Below, one piece after another: positions 38,101-51,797 of a stretch of 64,000 nucleotides of DNA. How positions within the stretch are numbered: the first letter of the stretch is position 1; each line of letters begins with the position of its first letter. This DNA comes from Euprymna scolopes (taxonomy: Eukaryota). The position numbers were made by a program, and so were the translations under genes. The notes beneath the pieces were generated by a model that worked only from the letters and a program-made list of their open reading frames with translations, was not told the origin of the DNA and ran no database searches. Location of the stretch: assembly GCA_053919585.1 (NCBI GenBank), contig CM132790.1. The stretch is one strand, 5' to 3'.

Positions 38101-38449
38101 TAAAGCGTATACTTTCGATAAAACAAAATAACAATTACCCGTTTCGAGAAAGATTTCTCTTTATCCGAATGCCAGGGCTATAAAAAAGAAAAGTGAAAAT
38201 AAAATAAGCAAAAATTATACAGTAATAATAACGCTGGCTTTCTAATTAACATTTGTCCATAGAAGATAGCTTACGCTTATTTATCTACCTGGCTCTACAC
38301 AATATTTCAAGTTTTGTCAAATCAATAACTTGTTTATAAGAATATGACTGAATAGCTAATAATTAATGAGATTACGATGAGTTAATAATTAAAATTTAAT
38401 TTATCTCCTGTCAAATGAATGTGAACTATAAACTATTTCAAATGTTAAA

Positions 38450-38737
38450 ATGAATTTAATATAATTTGATAGATTTTAATATAATTTAATATAATTTGAT
38501 ATAATTTGATATAATTTAATATAATTTCAGATAATTAATGAATTTAATATGATTTGATATAATTTGATATAATTTGATATAATTAAGTATAATTTAATAT
38601 AATTAATGCATTTAATATACTTTGATATAATTTAATATAAGTTAATATGATTAATGAATTTAATATAATTTAATATAATTTAATATAATTAATGAATTTA
38701 ATATAATTTAATATAATTAATGAATTTAATATAATTC
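38450..38737. repeat. AT-rich minisatellite (about 10-bp AATTTAATAT unit)
   Basis: Direct reading. Confidence 0.9.
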
Positions 38738-39754
38738 AGAGAAATGTAAATATAACTGCGTTGTATATTCTCCAGGTGTCTACGAAGAGAACGATGAATT
38801 GAGATTTTAACAACATTTCTCACTTCCCTTTCATTTACGATTATATTCATTCAAACAATGATTAACGTTACGAATACAATACAAGTAATTTTATTTTAGG
38901 AAACTCATTTTATAATCTTGCTATAAATAAGTAACTGTTATTCGCTTAATAAAACCTAATTGTTTCAAAAAGTAATAATGAATGATATGCCGTTTCTTTT
39001 TTGAGATTTTTAACTAAAATAAAGACGTGGATCTATACAACAAAAGACAGTGATTGATGAATAGAACGGACTTTATTGTATCATATGTAATATAAAAGAA
39101 TAATAAATGTTAAATACTGTAAATATGAGCGTAAAAATGGGATTATTCCCAAAGGACGTATTTACCCCTGCACATATAAAAGTCCTTTATATATGAAAGT
39201 TTAGACGTATTAAAAAAAGAAAACAGACTAGAAATACACTGAACGCATTAATGCAGAAAAAAGCATTTGAAGTATATGCAACGAAAACTCCCATAAGCAG
39301 ATTTGCGAGAAAGTTGTAACAGTGGCGTAGCAACTGGTTTTGCATCCCTGGACAGTCGTAAGATTTGTCGACATCTTGCTGGTATTTGATAACATGTTAA
39401 TCTTCTAAATACCGAGTAGCCCTCGAAATATTTGTTTTCATGGAACTGCAATCAAGCGTCTGCTTTTAGACTGCGGGTTTTGTGTCCAAGGCTTTCATCT
39501 CATTACATTCTGCTTTACATATACAATCGACAATAATGAAAACAACATTTTTCAAAACAAAATAGTATTATTCAAAATATTGAAAAATATTAATTAAAAT
39601 TAAATTAACTAGCTACGTAAACAATTAAATAAACACTAAAACGCAAACAAAGAAAACCAAATATTTTCAAAACGAAACTGCATTACCCAAATTATATTAA
39701 AAAATGTTAAATTAAATAAATTGGCTACACAAACAAATATAATAATAATTTAAA

Positions 39755-40385
39755 CTGAGAACATTTGGAATCTCGAAAATGTTATGAAATGATAAACCCA
39801 TTTTTATTTATTTTTGTTGTTGTTAAAATGCAAATGTTCGTAAAATAACATGGCTTTATTAAGGAGATAATAGTCGGATGTAGTTTTCCCTTCTTTTCTT
39901 CATAATATTGTTATTAAGAGGTCGAGCTCCCCGAAGAGAAAAAAAGTCTTGTATCACTGCTGTTTGAAATTCGCTCGGTTTAAGTGTGAAGTTAAAGAAA
40001 CAGAGAGTCACACATTTAGAATATTTTTAAAAAATAATTTTAAGTGAAAACATTTGAAAACTTTAAACTGTTCTGAACTTATAAACTCGTTTTTATTTAC
40101 TAAGTTTACTTTATTAAGTCTTCGTTTTCAGCCACAAACATGACTTTATCAAGGAGAGGATAGACCGATGTAGCTTTTTTCTTTTTCTTCATAATGTAAT
40201 TATAAGTCGAGCCTCCCGAAGGGAAAAACACGTCTAAAACGTTTATTTAAGCGCAAAATTTAGGAAATGCAGATTACACATGTTAGAAAACATTTTTGTT
40301 TATAAATTTAAATGAGAAAATTTGAAAGCCTGCAAATGTTATGAAATAATAAAATCATTTTTATTTACTTTTTTTTGTCGTTAAT
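39755..40385. repeat. Diverged tandem duplication, period about 290 bp
   Basis: ATGGCTTTATTAAGGAG..GATGTAG..TTCTTCATAAT..GTCGAGCTCCCCGAAG (about 39850-39940) recurs at about 40140-40225. Confidence 0.7.
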
Positions 40386-40469
40386 GTAATAATCCAATGA
40401 AAAATAGTTTTTAAAATTATAAATAAATTAATTTATAAACTATAAATAATATTATAAATTATTTTCGTG

Positions 40470-43120
40470 AGAGGAGTGCTGAAAGGTATCAAGTCGGTTG
40501 AGAATTTAAAAACATACTTTTCGCGTTTTTATTCTGCAAAGTTATCAATAACTCTATCAAAATTCACTCCATAGACTCGTTCCTTCTCAATGGAGAGATT
40601 TCCAAGTCTGTAAGCCTTGTCTGGCGCATTGTTGATCGAAAGGAGTTCTATATGAATTCGAGTTAAAGCTAATAGCTCGGGTAGGGAAAATGCGCAACAA
40701 GATCATACTATTACGGACGGAATCCCTAAGGTATTATCTCTAGGAAGTTCAACAGTTAAAGAGATCTATTGACTTTGTCTTTTTCTGAAGCTTTCACAAA
40801 ATATTGTAATCTCTTCCTTTCGGGAAAGAATTCCTCTTTTTTTTTCTATATCTACGTCTTCACCAAGCTAACAACCATAATTATTATCAAGCAGATTTGA
40901 TGGTGTAAGAAAAACTTATTTGCTTGCAAGATCGTAAACTTGTTGAAATCTGTTAGATATTTCTTCCGACAACCTGTCTATGATCGACAGGATTTCCCAT
41001 CTCAACATATTATCAAACCCCAGAGCCGCATCCGTCAATCCTTCAAAATCCATTAGTTTCTTTTTGCGGACACGACGTTGCAAGCTTAACCCTATTTAAA
41101 CGCAAAGTTGTGTTACTTGTCTATTGCCATGCCCACCATCTTTTCTCTGTTCTGAAGAAGGCAATCTCGAAACATCGTTAGCCTGACGGAACTTGTTTAC
41201 AAATCCACCACTTTTGTGTGAAGATACTTCTGGTCATCATTGATTTCTGAGAGAATAGTTTCCAAAGGCTCAGAAATAAAAGCAACGGAAACGAAAGTAC
41301 CAAGTTGAGTATTAAAGATGCATCTGATATTGTGGGTGCATTATCTTCTTCTTCCGTGAGCTGTTCCAGGGCAATGACAGCTTCTAATGATTATTTTATC
41401 AAAATAGTTACAGCGTTTGCTCGACTAATCAATCTAATTTTCACAGTTTGATACTTATATGGGTCAACTGAATCAAGACGTCACAGTAATGTGTTAGTGC
41501 AGAACAAAAACGAGAATAATCGGTCCTTTGTGACAAAAAAATGTAACAGAGTGAACAACTACAGAAACTGCATATATATGAGACAGATTGAATGCATGGT
41601 TTGTGGACAGCACAAATAGAGCTTTTCAATTTTTTCGGATACGTTTCCGCACACCCGATCGATGGCCTGGCATAACAGCGACATTTTCAAATGCCTGGCC
41701 AATACAGTTACCAATTTGAATCCCACAGTTCTCCAGTCCTCTCAAAACCACTTCAGATATTTCCTCCACGCGTTTATTATTTGTCTCGATGAAGCGGAGA
41801 AACCACTCCTCTACCTTCCCTTTCTTTTCGTCAATTTTTACGTAGCGCAACACCTCACTCATTTGGTCCTTGTGCGATACATCACGAGTGCTATAAAAAT
41901 TATGCAAAAATATTTGCTTTTCTTGATTTGATCAATGGTTTTCCTTCTCACCTGCGTTGCTTAAATGCTCACAAATTTATTTGGTGACAGATAAGTAGTA
42001 GTGATTGTCTTTCCCATGTTAAATTTAACCAAATATATACGGAGCACAATTCTAAAAAATACTTTGTTTTTTTGACTCCTTTCATAATCATGGCTGTCTT
42101 CCCGGTGAACTTATAGTGCCCGGTTCTGCTTGGTGGAAAACCCTGATGATGTCCAGCAATCTAGCTAGAATTTCCCGCAACTTCTTAGTTTCCTGCTCGA
42201 TAACATTTTCATCTATTTGACAATTACCTTTTCATTCAACAAGTCTAGGTCCTTTCAGTTGAGGAACACCTAAACATGAGATGTGACAGCTTCGTGTTTA
42301 TATATTTTGGATTTAATTTTTAAAAAATTCATAAAAGCCACATCAGCAGAAAAGCTCGACAGTCCAGTCTGCAGCAGAAGCAAAATAAGTCTTCTAGGGA
42401 GAAACAATACACGTTCCATATTCGCAAACTTTACACATCGTTTCACAAAACCCGATAGGATCAGTTTTTTTTTGTTAGCTTTCTAACGTCGTCTTTTGTT
42501 TTCGTTTCTGGTCGCGCTATTTCCTTGAATTAATGATCGAGATGCTGCACAGCAACAGATCCCTACCGAACAAGCACAGTGTTGGTTAATCGAAACAAGC
42601 CATAGATAAATATCCGTAAACTTAGTTGCAGTGTACGTTTTCGCGCCAACTAGTGATTGTTTTTCAATTCTTTATCTTCACGCGTATCATCATCATCGTC
42701 ATTATCATCATCATTTACGGTTTTTGATGTATCAACGCTGTCAATGTAGATTTCCGAAGTAAGAGTATCAACGTAAGCAATATCAACTTTATCTTCAGTA
42801 TGATTTCCACATTTCGTTTCCACCATTTCGGCCGTAGAAGTCTTTTCAATGAATTGCAACAGCGTGCCTTTATTCTTTTTTTGCTTCCTCTTCTTTTGTT
42901 TCTCGCTTTTCGGGAAATTCTGCATAGTCCTCCATTTTCTTCATTATGATACTTTCTTTGCAAACTCACGTACATCTTCTGAAAAAATTAAAAATACTAT
43001 TAAAAAAATAGCAGAGTATGTATGGTATATTTCTGCATAAGCACCTTCTTGTGTTGTTATGTACTAATACCACAAAATGTGAGATATTCCCCCCAAATCA
43101 GTTTCCTGAGCTATCCACCC
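40470..43120 (-). mobile_element. Decayed hAT transposon (ZMYM1/Tip100-like transposase)
   Basis: STRDVSHKDQMSEVLRYV...F..F...CIGQAFENVAVMPGHRSGV (41626-41907); dimerisation-domain remnant RSTMRQTRL / VIDNFA at about 40520-40640; hAT-like terminal remnant near 43090-43120; candidate other end CAGTGGCGTAGC at 39320. Confidence 0.78.
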
Positions 43121-43129
43121 TAATATATA

Positions 43130-44744
43130 CACTGGTGCCCGATATTATTCATACCCCACCTTGAAAATTGAGTTTATTATGTGTAACTTTGTAAGAATTT
43201 ATTGTTTACGTCCATATTGATACATATTCTTAATAAACCTCTTCTGATCATTTTCGTCATTTTAAAATCTCGGGATACTTGTAATAAAAGAAATATACAT
43301 CTATTTATAAAATCTGCAATGTTCAAAAATAATCATACCCCCTTATTTTTTCAGTATTAATCGAGTTTCTGAGTGTTTGTTTCCTGTTTGATTCTTATTT
43401 TGAATGCTTTTATACAACCTTTGATTAATTTCATTTCGTTTTTTGCATTTTTCAGAAATTAAAATGATATCAACTGAAAACCAATAAAAGAATAAAAATT
43501 ATTAGAATGGGGAAGAAAAAAGAGCTTAGTAATGATCTTAGGACTAAAATTCGAATTCACATAAGGATGGTTTAGGTTACAAGTCAATTTCCAAGAAATT
43601 TGAGGTCCCTACAGCAACAGTACAGAGCATGATCAAAAAATTCCAGAGCCACCACAAAACAAACAACTTGATTGGTAGAGGAAGGAAAAGGAAACTGTCT
43701 GCTAGAGCCACCCGGAATATTGTAAGAAGTGTTAATGCAAATCCAACCACCACTACTAAGGACATTTTAGAAAATCTGGAGTCTTCTGGCATAAAAATAT
43801 CAAGGCAAACATTGCAAAGGACTCTGCATGAAAATGGTCTGAAAGGAAGAAGACCAAGAAGGACTCCATTGCACACCGGAAAACACCTTGCAGCACGTCT
43901 AAAGTTTGCTAGGACCCATGTGAATTCTCCAGAGTCCGTTTTCTCAAGTATTTTGTGGACTGACAAAACAAAAATTGAATTGTTTGGCCATATGGATGCT
44001 TCTTACGTTTGGAGGAAGAAAGGAGAAGCTTACAACCCAAAGAACACCATACCCACGATGAAACATGGTGGTGGTAGCCTAATGTTTTGGGGCTCCTTTT
44101 CGGCTAGTGGTCCAGGTAGTTTGGTCAAGATAGATGGAACCATGAAGAAGGAGCAATATTTGGAGATACTCCAGAAAAACATTAGACAGGATGCGGAGAA
44201 GCTCCATTTAGGACCAAACTGGGTCCTTCAACAGGATAATGATCCAAAACATACTGCCAAAATAGTCAAGAAATGGTTTGAGGATAATCAAATTAATGTT
44301 TTGGAATGGCCTTGCCAGAGTCCCGACCTGAACCCTATCGAAAACCTCTGGCACATATTGAAAACTGAGGTTAAAAAGCGGAAACCTAGAAATTTGAGGG
44401 ATTTGGAGAACTACTGCATTGAAGAATGGTCAAAAATCAGTGTTGATGCTTGTAAAAACCTTGTTGATAAATATCCAAAACGGTTACAGGCAGTTATAAA
44501 GAATAAAGGGCATGCTATTGACTATTAGTAAGAGAGGTATGAATAATTTTGAACTAGTGCCATTATTGTTTTTCTTTGTATAATGTTTCAAACTTGCATA
44601 ATTTATTTATTTGTTGAGTTTAAATTAAATGCCTATGCTTGATTTATTGTCTGAAATCCCTTTAATATTGTCTACCTTCTGGTTTGAGCAATATTCTTAT
44701 AGTAATGTCAAAGATCCGAGGGGTATGAATAATATCGGGCACAA

Positions 44745-44747
<3 letters not shown>
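43130..44747 (+). mobile_element. Near-intact Tc1 (DD34E) transposon with IR/DR ends
   Basis: 28-bp TIRs CACTGGTGCCCGATATTATTCATACCCC / GGGGTATGAATAATATCGGGCACAAGTG (one mismatch), TA on both sides; inner repeats at about 43321-43343 and 44531-44553. Confidence 0.97.
43507..44528 (+). pseudogene. Tc1 transposase with a single frameshift near codon 15-17
   Basis: ATG at 43507 (MGKKKELSNDLR) is 1 nt out of frame with HKDGLGYKSISK and ORF 43629-44528; GRKRK, WTDKTK, QQDNDPKH and SPDLNPIENLW motifs with 34 residues between D and E. Confidence 0.93.
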
Positions 44748-44785
<38 letters not shown>

Positions 44786-45173
44786 AATGCGAGGAATGAG
44801 ATATAGTCGATGTTGACGAAAGAAGACGAAAACAAGTGGCGATTTACAAATCAATAAGTACATACATATATGTCTATATATACATATATTTATTCAATTG
44901 TATTAAGCATAAATGTCTCACTTGTTATGTCTGTTACAAATCCCTTATATTTCGGGAACAATTCCCCTTTTCAAATAGTGGATGTGACAGATCGATTCAA
45001 AGCATGCCGGATGATGGGGCGAAAAATGAATTAAATGGCTGTGTGGAGCCTCGCAGCAAATGTATGGCGTGTTTTAGGTAATTAACATATTGTTGTAGTT
45101 GTTAGATTTTTTTATCTTTATATATATATATATATATATATATATCCTATTTCATAACTTGTTGCAACATTAT

Positions 45174-46080
45174 TTGACAGTATAGTTTAGCTAGAAAACA
45201 CAACAACAACTCGATTGCTGATAACAACTAATATTAAGCGTGTTTTAATTTTTGACAAGTCTGTACTTTTTGTGAATAATGAAATGCAATAACTAAGAAC
45301 TGTTTGATTTCCACTGGACTGCAGTTTCACATAACATTTTAATAAGTAAAAAATACTGCAAAAATAAATTTCATAGTCCTTTCACTGCAAAATTACCAAA
45401 ATAAAACAAGGAATGAAAAAAAAAACTAAGAAACTTTTTTTCATTTTTTTGTCCCAAATAGAAAACAGGATTGTAGTTGCACATAACAATTTTATAAACA
45501 ATAGATACCCTGAAAGTTACATTTCACGGTTTTTTCTCTACATAATTACGAAAAAAATGAAATGAAAAATAAAACAAAAACAATGGAATGAAATAACTAA
45601 ATGATAATGTAACCTTTCAGAGTAGCAAACAAAAGCAATTTTAATGCATTTGTTTAGTTACGAATAAAAGTAGTGTAAAAACGTAAATAAATAAACTAAA
45701 ACATAAAAAAATGATTTAATTTTTAAAAAAATAATTATGCTTGCCTTTGGTAACATTTGGTTCTTTTTTATTTATTTATTGTTTCATTCATATTAAAAAA
45801 AACGAAAAAAAATGTTAAAAATTGTTTTTGTTTTCATGGCATTCTTTTATTTTTGTAGAGAAGGGACGATGAACTTCAATTTTTACAGAATCTTTTGTTT
45901 ATTAAAATGTTATGTGAAACAACAATATAGTTGAAACAAAAACATTGCGTCTTTATTTCATTTCATTATTAATATATTCATAAGTATAGGATAGTTAAAA
46001 ATTAAAATACGCTTATTATTAGTTTTTCAAGTCATATCAAGTTGTTGTAACTTTTTTTCTGACGAGGCTGTATAGTCGAC
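45174..46080. mobile_element. Old foldback/MITE-like palindromic element
   Basis: Degenerate inverted arms of about 250 bp, including a perfect 22-bp match (45324-45345 vs 45899-45920); inner inverted pair at about 45504-45523 and 45607-45626. Confidence 0.7.
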
Positions 46081-48811
46081 TCGCTAATTTTGTTTCGCTA
46101 AAATTTGCGTTCCTTCCATTTTTACTTAAGTTCGCGGCCGCCGTCTTGCGTACGACTTTAATCAAGGTTGTCACAAGAATGGATGGTTTAAAATATTTTT
46201 AGAAAAAATCCAGTATACTTTTTCACGACAAACTCCTCCACTCCTCACAAAAATGTGGGGTTCATGCAGAATTACAAATCGAATGGTAGCACTGTTTAAA
46301 AATTATATTTTCTTCAAATCTAGTACAATTTATTTTGTGGTCACTGAAGTTTTAAATTTTAAAATAACTTTAATTTACGGAGAGGTTTATATAAAAATAA
46401 AACAAGTTGTATAAACTTTTTCCATTGAAAATTCAACAGAAGTTTGGCACGAAAATCACTTTTTGCTTAACTGTCATGAAACGCAAGAATAGCCTTTATA
46501 TGGAGGTTTATTTTACATTAAACTTTCATGTGAAAATAACCCTCACTCACAATTCTTAAAGTTATTTCTTTGCTTAAAGTTATTTCTCGCCTGGTGAATG
46601 ATTTTCCAGACTATCTAAAAAACAAAAAAGGGGGAAAATAAATGCAAACCGAATGTTACTAAAGGCAAGATAAGTAACTCATCTACCTAGTAAAATATAT
46701 ATTTAACATTTACAAAGGAAACAATTCGAACTTTTCCATTAGATAAATATAACAATTTAAACACGAAACAAAAATAAAATAAATATGCCAATAATAAATT
46801 TTCTATTCATGAAACACATTTTGAATGTATTTAAAATAGATTTAAAATACACTTACTTAAATTGGCAAGTTTTTAATGTATTTGATCGTTCTCTCACCCT
46901 TTGGAAAACGTGAAAACTATATTGCCGAACAGAATTAAAAATATTATTTTCCAAAAATAATTTCTATTAGTAACCTGAGATCTTATAGTTTTATATTACC
47001 ATCCAAATCCGTTTTCTCCTATTCAGAAATTTTGTTTTAGTAGACACATAAACGGAAATCAAAGAAGAAATGAGCTAACACGTGTTGTCACGTATAGGTG
47101 TGAAATGTTTTGAATCTACTAACACTGTTACTCCCCAAATTTATTTGAACAAGTACAGACATATAAACCGAAATCAAGGAGGAAATGAACCAACACATGT
47201 TGTCGCATATAGATACGAAAGGTTGGAATTCATAAATTCTTTTACTGTCCAATTCATCTGAGGCTAAGCTTTGAAATTATCAAAAGTGTTTTTGTTAGCA
47301 TACATTTATATAACTCCTAGTAAACTTTGCTAATACTAGCTAGGGGAACAAACAAAAGCACACTGGACAAAAAGACCCGGACAACACTCATTATCCAATC
47401 CAAACCAAACAAAATATGTAAAATCCTAAATGAATAAAAACGTTATAAATAACCTTTTATCATTTTTCTTTTAATTTAATTGAATTAAGGAATATTAGGC
47501 ACAGGAGCTCTAATTTTGGTAATGTATGAAAATAAATCATCTAAAGAATAAATTTCAATTCAGGATAAATTTTAAGAGCATTCTTGAAGAAGATATAGTT
47601 TAAAATAGAATTCTAGTGCCTCTCACAGAAATACACTTATTTTGAAATAATTACTCTTATTTGAAAGCAAATACATCAATTTTTCTAAGTTAGGTGCGCG
47701 TTCTAAGGATACTTTTCTTGTATTATCTTTTGCAATTATTATATTAATAAAAAAGCAATAAATTTTAATCCTATTACCACATTTGATTCATCATAATATA
47801 GTTCAGTTTATTGATAGATACGTCAACGATTATAAAATTTTGTTAATAGTTCGAAAAAAATCAATTATTCCTTGACTGGTCGGAACTTGAGAGAAATTCG
47901 CCAGTATTTAAACTATCGAATAGAAAGCAACTGACATAGTTCTTGAGGCGTAGCGCTTAATTCCTTTTTAAAATTATATCCCCCGATAGGACGATTATAA
48001 AAACGTTTTCAGTCGATTTTTATGTCATAGTTGATTAATGTTTCCACAGTTCCCAAATTACATAATTTTCTTTTGCTAAATTTCCAGTCCAATTTTTCCG
48101 TTGCATCATTTAGTTGTCAGTGATGTTCGAAAGTATGTTCCTTGACAAAAATTTTTTTTTTCAATTTTTCAACATTTTTCGGACCATGTAAATCGACTGC
48201 TTTATATGAAAGGTTATCTAGAGAATTTATGCAAGTTAAAAAAATATTTGTTTTACAAGCAAAATAGATTTACATCGTTTTTAATGTTATCATCATTTCT
48301 GTTTTAGGGATAATTTAAAAACAATAATTATTTATCATTAGTACCAATAGTGAAAATTAAGTTTAAAAAAAGTTAAAAGTTCCGATTTTTTTACGAACTT
48401 AAAGATTCATTTTGATACAAGATTTCGAATTTTTGTCAGGTTTTATTTATTTTCATTTTATTTTTTCTATTTTCTAATTTTACTCTTTCAAAATGCTCCG
48501 CCTGGCAGGTGCCGCCCGACGCGGTATGCATCCCCTCGCCTCTCCGCCCTCTTGGCTGGCGATAAATGACTTATTAATTTTGATCTGCCTTCACCATACA
48601 TGGACAATTGTGGCATGCAAATAAATGCCATTCTCCAAGTGTTCAAATCCATCACATGCCGCCCAGAAATCTGAAATTATTCTTGTTCCGGGCAAAATAA
48701 AACACACAGATTATTAGGTATAATGTTTCTCGGTTTTTCTTTTAAACCGCTGTAATATTGCATCTGTTGCTCTCTCTCTCTCTCCCTTTGTTACATAAAT
48801 GAAATCATGTT

Positions 48812-51190
48812 TCTTACAATTTATCAGAAGTGACTTCTCCGGAGTATTTTGATAATTAATCAAAAGTAACTTTTCAAGGGCATGTTTGTAATTAATCAGA
48901 ATTGATTTTCCATGGCAATTTTGTAATTAATAGAATGGACTTTTTCAGGACATTTTCTAATTAATCAGGATGAGGTCTCCTAGATAATTACATAATTAAT
49001 CAGGTTGGACATTTCCAGGACACTATATAATTATTCAGAAAGAAACATCTTCAGGGCATTTTGTAATTAATCAGAAGAGATATTTCGAGGTATTTTGTAA
49101 GTAATCAGAAAGAAACCTTTTCAGGGCATTTTATAATTAAATGAGAAGAGACATTTTAAGGGCATTTTATTATTAAAATATAAATGGATATTTCCAGGGT
49201 ATTTTAAAATTGATCAACTAGTATGTGACATTCCCAGAGCGTTTTACAATTAATCAACCACAAGGGACCTTTCCAGGCTATTTTACAACTAATCAACCGG
49301 AAGAGCATTTAAAAACCAATCAACCAGAAGGGACATTTTCAGGGTATTTAAAAACTAATCAACAAAAATGAACTTTTCAGGGTATTTTACAACTAATACA
49401 CCTACAGAGACCTTTCCAGGGAATTTTACTACTAATAAACCAGAAGGGACTTTGCTAGGGTTTTTTACAACCAATCAACCAGAAGGGACCTTGCTATGGA
49501 AATTTACAATCAATTAATCAAAAGGGACCTTTCCAGAGCATTTCACAATCGATCAACCAGAAAGGACCTTTCTATGGCATTTTGCACTCAATCCACGAGA
49601 TGGCACCTATCCTGCGGTATTAATATGTATCAACCAGACATTCCTTTCAAAGGCATTTTACAACCAATCAACCAGAAAGGACATTTCCATGGCATTTTGC
49701 AATCAATCAACCAAAAGGGACCCTTCCAGGCCATTTTACAATAAATCGACCAGAAGGGACAATTACAAGACATTTTAAAATCAATTAAACAAAATTACCT
49801 TTTCAGGACATTTTACAAATAATAAATAAAGGATGGGGCCTTTCCAAGGAATATTACAACTAATCAACCAGAAGGAAATTTTCAAGGTCATTTCCCCTCT
49901 AATCAACAAGAAGGGGCCTTTCCAGGGCATACTACAATTATTTAACCACAAAGACCTTTCTGAGGTATTTTACAACTAATCAACAAAAATAAAATGTCCT
50001 GGGCAGTTAACAATCAATCAATCAAAACGGATCTTTCCAGGGCATTTTACAAATAATCAATCAGAAAAGACATTCCCAGGCCATTTTACAACTAATAAAC
50101 CACAGGGAACTTCTTCCAGGAATTTAACAATCAATCAACCAGAAGGGACATTTATGGTGCATTTTACAATCATTCTACAAGAAGGGACATTTCCATGACA
50201 TTTTTAAACTAATGAACCAGAAGAAAGATTTCTAGGAATTTTACAATCAATCAATCAATCAATCAATCAGACGGGACCTTTCCAAGGCATTTTACAATCA
50301 ATAAACCAGAATGGATATTTCCAGGGCATTTTACAATCAATAAAGCAGAAGGGACATTTCAACTGCATTTTACAACTAATAAACCAGAAAGGGCATTTAC
50401 ATAGCATTTTACAACTAATACACTATAAGGGACCTTTTCAGGGCATTTTACAATCAATCAACCAGAAGGAACCTTTCCAGGGCATTTTACAACTAATCAA
50501 CCAGAAGCGACCTTTTTATGGCATTACACAATCAGTCAACCAGAAGGGACATTTCCAATGCATTTTAAAATTAATAAACTAGAAGGGGCATTTCCAGGGC
50601 ATTTTATAATTAAATCAGAAGGGATCTTTCCAAGGCATTTTACAACTAATCAACGAGAAAGGGAGCTTGCCAGGCAATTTACAATCAGTCAACCAAAAGG
50701 GACATTTCCAGGATATTTTACAATCAATCAACCAGAAGATATCTTTCTAGGATATTTTATAAGTAATTAACAAGAAGGGGCCTTTCCATGGCATGTTACA
50801 ACTAATTAACAATAAGGGACCTTTCCAGGGTATTTTACAATCAATGAACCAGATGTGATATTTCCAGGATATTTTACAAGTAATCAACCAGAAGTGACCT
50901 TTCCACACCATTTTACAACTAATCAAGCAGAAGGAACCTTTCTATGGCATTTTTCAATCAGTCAACCAGAAAGGGCATTTTCATCCAGGGCATTTTATAA
51001 TTTAATCAGAAGGGACATTTCCAGGGCATTTTATTAATTATTAACTAGAATGGACCTTTCCATGACATTTTACAACTAATCAACAAGAAAGGCTCTTTCT
51101 CTGACATTTGAGAATCAATCCAGCGGAAGGAACATTTCCAGGGCATTTTATAATTAAATAAGAAAGGATTTTTCAAGGACATTTTTGTAA
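48812..51190. repeat. Satellite array, 39-bp consensus unit, roughly 60 diverged copies
   Basis: Consensus TTTTACAATCAATCAACCAGAAGGGACCTTTCCAGGGCA; shorter (about 35-bp) variants at the edges. Confidence 0.97.
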
Positions 51191-51688
51191 TGTTAAAGGT
51201 TTGTTGCATTAAATACAGTAGTATGAAAACAACTCATATTTATAAGCTTTGCTTTAAAAGCGACACCAACTTTTTTGAAATACTTCAATAATTTGGGTGG
51301 TCATGATCATAACGGCCGTAGCGACAAGCGTTTTGGAATATTCCACTTTCTTTTAAAGGGGTGCTCAGGATGATAACGGGCGTAGCGGCAAGCGTATTAA
51401 AATAATAGATGTTATATGTTAAGAATTTCACACACGCACACAGACATACCCACGCAAATGAATATGCTTTTTATTAGTTTTGATTATTTTATCCCCTACC
51501 TGTTCATTTCTAATGTAAAATCAGTGTTATATTTTTACACCTTTATTTGTATAATACTACCTTTTCTTGTCTTCTTATAGAAAACATGTGACTTCGAAAT
51601 GCCTAGGCATTTAAAAAAATTTTTGCATACTCTCGTCGTTATCGATCTGATAATAAAGTTTTATATAATTTTCTACTTATCCTTTTAC

Positions 51689-51737
<49 letters not shown>

Positions 51738-51797
51738 TTATAATGGAATAATTCCAGAGGAAATCCGGGTATGAGAGCTCAATGTGGTAAACAGAGC

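Noticed and set aside
48490-48565. GC-rich patch as a hAT terminus or RNA gene
   Set aside because: No matching partner TIR, TSD or recognisable RNA fold.
49496-51037. Satellite as a 13-aa repeat protein (FTINQPEGTFPGH)
   Set aside because: Frequent indels and stops, and no frame preserved along the array.
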